From the NCBI GenBank assembly GCA_963715865.1, contig OY970280.1, positions 1,440,001-1,504,000 of the forward strand: a DNA stretch of 64,000 nt. The letters run 5' to 3'. Within the stretch, counting starts at the first letter, position 1. Each line of letters opens with the position of its first letter. The notes under the pieces were generated by a model. The model had not been told where the DNA came from. It saw nothing but the letters and a program-made list of their open reading frames with translations, and ran no database searches. Both the position numbers and the translations under genes were made by a program. The stretch comes from Candidatus Bathyarchaeota archaeon. Its GTDB lineage: Archaea; Thermoproteota; Bathyarchaeia; Bathyarchaeales; Bathycorpusculaceae. Shown piece after piece: positions 58,701-64,000 of the stretch.

Positions 58701-59555
58701 GGCTTCATTGTTAAAGTATGTAGTAACATGGTACTGTAAAAGCTCAGATAGGTCTTGAATGATGAGTGTAGGTGCACCTGCGTCCATGTTTTCCTTCAAG
58801 CGCTGATTGATGCGGATAATGTCTACTAGCTTATGGGTTAAATCGTCTTCTGAACGGATACCTGATTCTAAAGTGATGGATGGACGAACATAAACTGGCG
58901 GTACAGGCAAAACCTGCAGAACCATCCATTCTGGGCGTGCAACTTTCGGGTTGAAACCCAAAATTTCAAGGTCCTCGTCTGAGACGCGTTCAAGTCTTTC
59001 ACGAATCATGCTGGGTGTCAATGGCTCGGAGCCTGCTTCAGTCTGCTCAATAAACTTGGTTGGCTTCTCAAAAGTAATCTTGTACTGAACCGCTGCGCAG
59101 TAGGGGCACTGTTTTGCTTTAATTTCAGTCATTATTTCCTTGTAAACTTCATCTGGAATTGTGCCTAAAAGCTCGTTGAGCCGTTCAATTCGAGCACGCG
59201 CCTTCTTATCGGCATCTTCAGATAAAAGTATGCGGCCACAACTACGGCAGGTGGCTTTTAGAAGGTCAAAAATAATTTTGGTAAATTCTATATGTACGAT
59301 TGGTACGGCTAATTCGATGTGTCCAAAGTGGCCTGGGCAGCGGATAGCGGTGTTGCCACAGGTTTTGCAGCGCTGCCTTGGCTCGAGTGTGCCTAATCTG
59401 CCATCCATTAAGCCAGCAGTGATGGGTGCGCCGTCTTCGTCATAGGTGTCGGGGGCTTGGATTTCAACGACTGATTGTTTACGGAGGTCTTTGGGTGAAA
59501 TTAAACCGAATGAAATTTCATCAACTATTTTATGGATTAATTCTTCCGTTGACAT
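55722..59555 (-). CDS. rpoA: DNA-directed RNA polymerase subunit A, fused A'+A'' (Rpo1)
   Basis: Zn CKTC...CPGHFGH, catalytic NADFDGD, GYMQRRL running into the A'' part (AAQSIGEPGTQMTL, ARAAFE) with no stop. Confidence 0.97.
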   Translation of the reverse strand: MSTEELIHKIVDEISFGLISPKDLRKQSVVEIQAPDTYDEDGAPITAGLMDGRLGTLEPRQRCKTCGNTAIRCPGHFGHIELAVPIVHIEFTKIIFDLLKATCRSCGRILLSEDADKKARARIERLNELLGTIPDEVYKEIMTEIKAKQCPYCAAVQYKITFEKPTKFIEQTEAGSEPLTPSMIRERLERVSDEDLEILGFNPKVARPEWMVLQVLPVPPVYVRPSITLESGIRSEDDLTHKLVDIIRINQRLKENMDAGAPTLIIQDLSELLQYHVTTYFNNEASGIPPARHRSGRALKTLSQRLKGKEGRFRSNLSGKRVDFSARTVISPDPNLDINEVGVPQDIAMRLSVPEKVTAWNIEEMKKLVVNGPENYPGALYIIRPDGKRIRLEFVVDRTKIAEAVELGFVVERHLKNGDIAIFNRQPSLHRMSIMAHYVRVLPYKTFRLHLCVCPPYNADFDGDEMNLHVPQSEEARTEALLLMQVQDQILSPRFGGPIIGAIRDFITSAYYFTRKGNYLTRGEVNRLLTTTGYVEELPEPEIKTPQPMWSGKQIFSLFLPKTLNYVLKANICQGCTKCEEEECKHDAYVVVKNGQLVSGIIDRRSIGAEQSESLLHRIIKDYGTQAGREFLNKITHLLKLFISMRGFSYTYDQLVLSPRARNRIAKTMERIQKKIDEHIENYRNGKLPRLPGQTLEESFEIYVMHELATARDEAGKIADEDFTLENAGIVMTRTGARGSSLNIGQMAACVGQQSVRGKRILRGYAGRALPHFVDGDPSPRARGFVYNSYQTGLDAIEFFFHAMGGREGLVDTAVRTQQSGYMQRRLINALEHIRLEYDSTVRDSAGDIIQFRYGEDGVDPAKSDHGKAVNVSRLIDQIKIGEEKGEPASPEDIKKQLKGVEKQLTPILMNQLKQNFAKNKLTKKGVEKAATLTAEQYKRALMEPGEAVGIVAAQSIGEPGTQMTLRTFHYAGVKEQNVTLGLPRLIEIVDARRIPSTPIMAIYLNGEHAKNKESAVEIARNIIYTSVEDLASAIYEDPVREEIVIELNKSMMEDRAITMDELKERMELQNATVTVTDDTVQIKPKKAEQLKRLLTKIPSFQVKGVPDIKRVLVTEEHGEWVIRTDGSNLSKVLEVKGVDTSRTTTNNIHEIAKTLGVEASRNALVNEAKGVLEDQGLDVDVRHVMLVADMMTTTGDVQQIGRHGISGKKASVLARAAFEITVPNIVEAAVKGEIDPLAGVTENVIVGQSIPIGTGLVELYMSTFEKQVKQGGKTEA

Positions 59556-59556
59556 G

Positions 59557-62500
59557 TTATGCCTTCTCCTTGAGTCTCAATTTAGGTGTAATACACAAGC
59601 TTTGAAGCTCCTGCAACAGAAGCTTGAAAGCGTACGAGACGATTACGGGTGAAATCTTTGCTTTTTCATCACATATTCTGCAGACGTAGCGTCTTTGTTT
59701 CATGTCGAAGTAAGCGATTTGGCCACAGTTCTCGCATATGTAGAGCGTGTACTTGTCTGATTCTTCCAGCAATCTGTCTCTGAGCAGCATGGCAGCGCCG
59801 TGACCGATGAGGCAGTCTCGCTCCATTTCTCCGAATCTGAGACCGCCGCCTCTGGCTCTGCCCTCAGTGGGTTGCCTTGTTAACATCTGAACTTGACCGC
59901 GAGCTCTTGCGTGTATTTTGTCAGCAACCATGTGATGAAGTTTCTGGTAGTAGACTATGCCGACGAAGATGTCTGTGACGAACTTCTCGCCTGTAGTGCC
60001 GTTGTAGAAGACTTCGCTTCCAGTGTGGCTGAAGCCGAGTTTTACAAGGCTCTTGCGTATTTCATCAGGACCTTCGTTGGAGAATGGTGTGCCGTCTGCG
60101 GGTTTGCCTCTTGCCGCTGCAGCTTTTCCAGCGAGAGATTCGATGAATTGACCGATGGTCATTCTTGAGGGTATAGCGTGAGGGTTGATTATTATGTCCG
60201 GCACGATGCCTTCTTCAGTGAACGGCATGTCTTCTTGCGGCACGATTAAGCCTATTACTCCTTTTTGTCCGTGGCGTGAAGCAAATTTGTCGCCAAGTTC
60301 TGGAACTCGCTGGTCGCGGACTCTTACTTTGACAAGTTGGCTGCCTTCGCCTGATGCGGTTATGAATATTCCGTCCACGATGCCTGTTTCTGAAGGACGC
60401 ATGTCAACTGAAGTGTCACGCATTGATGGACCTTTCACTTCAAATTCTTTGTATTCTTCCAGGAATCTGGGTGGACTAATTCTTCCGATTAAAACGTCTC
60501 CGCCGACAACTTGTGATTCTAAACTGATAATTCCGTCAGGTTCCAAAAGCCTGTAATATTGTTCGCCGCGGTAACCGCGGGTTCCTGGTTCTGGAACGGT
60601 GAACTTGTCTTTTAATCCACCTAGGTACTGTCGGCATTCAGCTTCATAAATTCGGTAGAATGTGGATCTGGATAAGCCACGTTCTATGGATGCTTTGTTG
60701 AAGATTAAGGCGTCTTCCATGTTGTAGCCTTCGAAGCTGAGCACGGCGACGACGCAGTTTTGTCCTGTGGGGCGTTGCTTGTAACCCATGACTTCCATTA
60801 GTTCCGTTTCAACCATTGGCACTTGCGGGTAGTGTAGTATGTGTGAGCGTGAGTCGACTCGGTGGTGGAAGTTGGTGCAATAAACGCCCAGCGCTTGTTT
60901 AGCCATAGCCGCTTGGTATGAGTTACGAGGCGACTGGTTGTGTTCTGGATACGGGATTGTTGAAGCGCAAATTCCAAGAATCGTGTAAGTGGCTATTTCC
61001 ACATGAGTGTTTTGAGGGTTAATGGCGTCAAATGATAAGGCGATGTATGCGTTTTCTTCTTCTTCAGCGTCCAAATACTCAACTAAACCATTCTTGACTA
61101 CGTCTTCCCAAGTCCACTCGCCTAAACCGATCTTTTCAAAATGTTTAGACTGAAGTTTTGGAACTCCATTCTCAACAATTATGAGTGGGCGCCTAACTCT
61201 GCCTTCGTCGCAGTTAGCATGCACTTCTTCGGTTTCAGTTTGCTTTTTTGAGAAGTATGTTATGTTTACTTCGGTTGAGATTTCTCCAGCTCTTCTTTTC
61301 TCTCGGAAAGACTTCACCATTTCCAGCGGGTTATTGCCGTAGCCAATGATGTTTCCGTCAACGAAAACTTTGGCTCCTGAAATACGTAAATCGCGGCTGG
61401 CTTCTGATGCTGGAACAGTGCCCATTTCAAAAAGTAATTGCTTAACTCTATCAGGATTTACGCCAACGGCGATGGAAGCTGAAAGTGCTAAGTTTTTGAC
61501 TAAGCCACAGTTAGAGCCTTCCGGAGTCTCGTTAGGACACAAGCGTCCCCAATGGGTTGGGTGTAAGTCTCTGGCTTCGAAGTTAGGTTGGCTTCTGCTT
61601 AATGGCGACTGAAGCCTACGCAAGTGGCTTAGGGTTGAAATGTAGTTTGTTCGGTCTAAAAGCTGAGTGATGCCGACTCTGCCTCTTCCCCAGTTGCCAG
61701 TTGCCAACGCATGCTGAAAACGTTCAGTTATTATGCCTGGGCGAACTGCGGCTGAAACGTTTATGATTGGCCCTTTAACGCCTATGCGTTCAAGTTGGTA
61801 TTTTATGTCTCTTGTTAAGTTTCTGAATGATACACGGAAGAGGTCTGCGAGAAGTGGACCACCAAGACGCAAACGTTTGTTCTTGAAATGATCTTTGTCG
61901 TCAGGTTGCCTTCTACCCGTTTTCAGCTGTAAAACTCTGTAAGCCATTTCGCCGAGGAAAATTGCTTTTTCCTTGCGGTTTTTTTCACTTCTGCCTAAGT
62001 GTGGCAAGAAGTTCTTGTCAAGTGCTGTCTCGGCTTTTTGTAGGCGGTACTCTTCAACTTGTCCATGGGCTACACGGTTCCCAATGAATAGGATTGCGTC
62101 AGCAGGTGAGTCTACACCTATGGCTTTTTCAAATGAAGCGGCTAATTGGGTTTGCATTTCGCTGTCAAGTGAGACGGATTCTGCAATGTCTTTGTCTTTT
62201 TCCAAGCTCAGCGCGCGCATTATGACGACAAATGGGATTTCTGTTGGCACTCCTGGCATGGTGACGTAGATGGCGTCGTCTGATTTGAGTTTGAGTTCAA
62301 TTCTTGCCCTGAAGCCTACGGTGGTTGAGAAAATTTTTGCTTGATAAACTGGCGAGGTTCCTTTCTCGTCTATGTCTACTATTACACGGTTAGGTGCCAA
62401 GTCTTCCATGGCAACAATGACTCGTTCAGAACCGTTAACAATAAAGTATCCGCCTTGGTCATCAGGGTCTTCTCCTGCAACAATAAGTTCTTCCTTTGAA

Positions 62501-62922
62501 AGCTGGGATAGGAAACATAGTTTTGATTTAAGCATAACAGGGATGTTTCCAATAAAAACGAGTTCAGTGTCCTGTTCCCGTCCATCGATGACAGGCGTCA
62601 TTTCCAAAGCTATGGGTGCCGAGTACGCTAAATTGCGCAGTCGGGCTTCCATTGGGTAAATTTCATGCTTTGTACCGTCCACTTCAGTTACATATGGTCC
62701 GGTTATTCTTGATTGGGGGTCGATTACCCAGATTTGTCCGAGTTTCACTTTGTATGGGCTTTCTGGAACTTCAATGGGGATTTCTGCAACTTCATCAACT
62801 ACTTCTTGTAAGCCATGATCAATGAATTCATTGTAACTGTCAAGGTGTTGGCGTACTAGGCCTTTTTCATTGAAAAAAGTTTTCAATAAATGATGGATAT
62901 CTTCTTTTTGTATAACGGTCAA
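59557..62922 (-). CDS. rpoB: DNA-directed RNA polymerase subunit B, undivided (Rpo2)
   Basis: GGYFIVNGSE, CPNETPEG, GDKFASRHGQKG, RFGEMERD, C-terminal Zn CENC...CRIC. Confidence 0.97.
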   Translation of the reverse strand: MTVIQKEDIHHLLKTFFNEKGLVRQHLDSYNEFIDHGLQEVVDEVAEIPIEVPESPYKVKLGQIWVIDPQSRITGPYVTEVDGTKHEIYPMEARLRNLAYSAPIALEMTPVIDGREQDTELVFIGNIPVMLKSKLCFLSQLSKEELIVAGEDPDDQGGYFIVNGSERVIVAMEDLAPNRVIVDIDEKGTSPVYQAKIFSTTVGFRARIELKLKSDDAIYVTMPGVPTEIPFVVIMRALSLEKDKDIAESVSLDSEMQTQLAASFEKAIGVDSPADAILFIGNRVAHGQVEEYRLQKAETALDKNFLPHLGRSEKNRKEKAIFLGEMAYRVLQLKTGRRQPDDKDHFKNKRLRLGGPLLADLFRVSFRNLTRDIKYQLERIGVKGPIINVSAAVRPGIITERFQHALATGNWGRGRVGITQLLDRTNYISTLSHLRRLQSPLSRSQPNFEARDLHPTHWGRLCPNETPEGSNCGLVKNLALSASIAVGVNPDRVKQLLFEMGTVPASEASRDLRISGAKVFVDGNIIGYGNNPLEMVKSFREKRRAGEISTEVNITYFSKKQTETEEVHANCDEGRVRRPLIIVENGVPKLQSKHFEKIGLGEWTWEDVVKNGLVEYLDAEEEENAYIALSFDAINPQNTHVEIATYTILGICASTIPYPEHNQSPRNSYQAAMAKQALGVYCTNFHHRVDSRSHILHYPQVPMVETELMEVMGYKQRPTGQNCVVAVLSFEGYNMEDALIFNKASIERGLSRSTFYRIYEAECRQYLGGLKDKFTVPEPGTRGYRGEQYYRLLEPDGIISLESQVVGGDVLIGRISPPRFLEEYKEFEVKGPSMRDTSVDMRPSETGIVDGIFITASGEGSQLVKVRVRDQRVPELGDKFASRHGQKGVIGLIVPQEDMPFTEEGIVPDIIINPHAIPSRMTIGQFIESLAGKAAAARGKPADGTPFSNEGPDEIRKSLVKLGFSHTGSEVFYNGTTGEKFVTDIFVGIVYYQKLHHMVADKIHARARGQVQMLTRQPTEGRARGGGLRFGEMERDCLIGHGAAMLLRDRLLEESDKYTLYICENCGQIAYFDMKQRRYVCRICDEKAKISPVIVSYAFKLLLQELQSLCITPKLRLKEKA

Positions 62923-63626
62923 TTTTTCAGTTCTCCTTCTCCATAAATTTTAGGTGACGATATTTGTGATTTGTTAAGCTTGTTCCTTTCAAACTTTCGA
63001 CTCCTTTTATACTGGATCATCATCCAAATTGAAAAAGGGTTCTCCTAACTTTTCTAAGAGCACAAACACATGCTACATAGCTTGCTAATAAACTTTGTTA
63101 TCCATATTGCTTCTAAATTGAGGTCTGCTAAACTTTCATAGAGTCACTGCTTAGAAAAATCTTTTCATGGATGCGTTGCATGAAGCAAAACCTAAAACAC
63201 CACAAAAAAACCGCTGTAACCTGCAAATAGCATACCACTCGGTTTAACTAAGCTTAAGAAACATGAGAAAACGCTTTTTCACTAAACAAACGCTGGAAGT
63301 TTAACCTTTTCCCGTTTTAGATTCGCCGTTTTCTGTGAGGTTAGATTGAAAAATGTAACTTGAAAAGAAAAATATTTTTTAGACTTTAGCGTTATTTTCA
63401 AGCTTCTTTTAACCAACAGAGATTGCCTTGATTGTTCTTTCCCGTCACGCATATACATTGTTACTAGTCACGCACGTTCATAGTTATATGTCAACGTATG
63501 CTGCACATGGATTAATGCATCCTTCAGAAAAAAGTAGCAAATGGATAGGAACTTAATTGATTGTTGAGTAATAAAAATTTATTTTTGGCAATTACTATAA
63601 TAGTAAACAAAATTAAGGCGATAAAA

Positions 63627-63954
63627 ATGCAACTACATCGTAAAGATTCCAAAGATGCAGAAGAATACGCCGCCAGAGGACCATTCGCAAGCATATTTGG
63701 CGGACCAGCGGCGCGCCTGCTCGACCAAGCCCTAATCGTTGGAAACATGGAACAAACCATAACTATTTTGGCAGAATCAACAAACCTGTCCTACAAGACA
63801 ACCAAAACAGCACTTGAGAAACTTAAAAATAGGCTTTGTTGCCCAGACAAGAAAAATAGGAAACGCCCAAGCATACAAATTCCTCATCGAAAACCACCTC
63901 AGCGGATTACTGGCATGCGGCGCAGAATTCCAACGAAACCGAACAGACATCTAA
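63627..63954 (+). pseudogene. Winged-HTH protein with a frameshift at the A-run near 63825
   Basis: LAESTNLSYKTTKTALEKLK continues in another frame as IGFVAQTRKIGNAQAYKF...RTDI*. Confidence 0.65.
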
Positions 63955-64000
63955 AAAATTGGGAATCTTAACTTTGCTTTTAGCGTTTGATTATCTGCAC

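Overview
Chromosomal window of an archaeon, most likely Bathyarchaeia (TACK). This is inferred from a fused RNA polymerase A'/A'' gene, an undivided rpoB, an EF-2 paralogue without the diphthamide motif, and paralogous membrane-anchored PQQ-like beta-propeller surface proteins. Most of it is housekeeping or metabolic: OGG1, intron-containing tRNA-Ile(CAU), W-AOR plus ferredoxin, Rqc2, RadA, MsrB, LsrF-like thiolase, moaABC, Cdc6/Orc1, arginine decarboxylase, soluble and membrane pyrophosphatases, NucS, and rpoB-rpoA-L30e-nusA. Four things stand out. (1) An 8.5-kb element is integrated site-specifically into the 3' end of msrB, with 16-bp direct repeats at 21950 and 30471 and the displaced msrB tail at attR. 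It encodes an atypical tyrosine integrase, an AAA+/wHTH protein, several Zn-finger and DNA-binding proteins, a secreted/membrane module and an apparent HK97-type prohead protease, but no recognisable capsid, portal or terminase. It is a candidate archaeal virus satellite. (2) A compact operon encodes a short hinge-less SMC ATPase with an Smc5/6-like D-loop, a kleisin and a KITE-type tandem wHTH protein. (3) A duplicated surface-protein module is flanked by a 67-bp copy of a ferredoxin gene end, and each copy is followed by a conserved, apparently covarying stem-loop element. (4) A dispersed TACTACGTACA repeat occurs in inverted arrays at two sites 31 kb apart. Several genes carry single-base indels that could be decay or assembly error. 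All calls come from motif recognition by eye; no searches were run.
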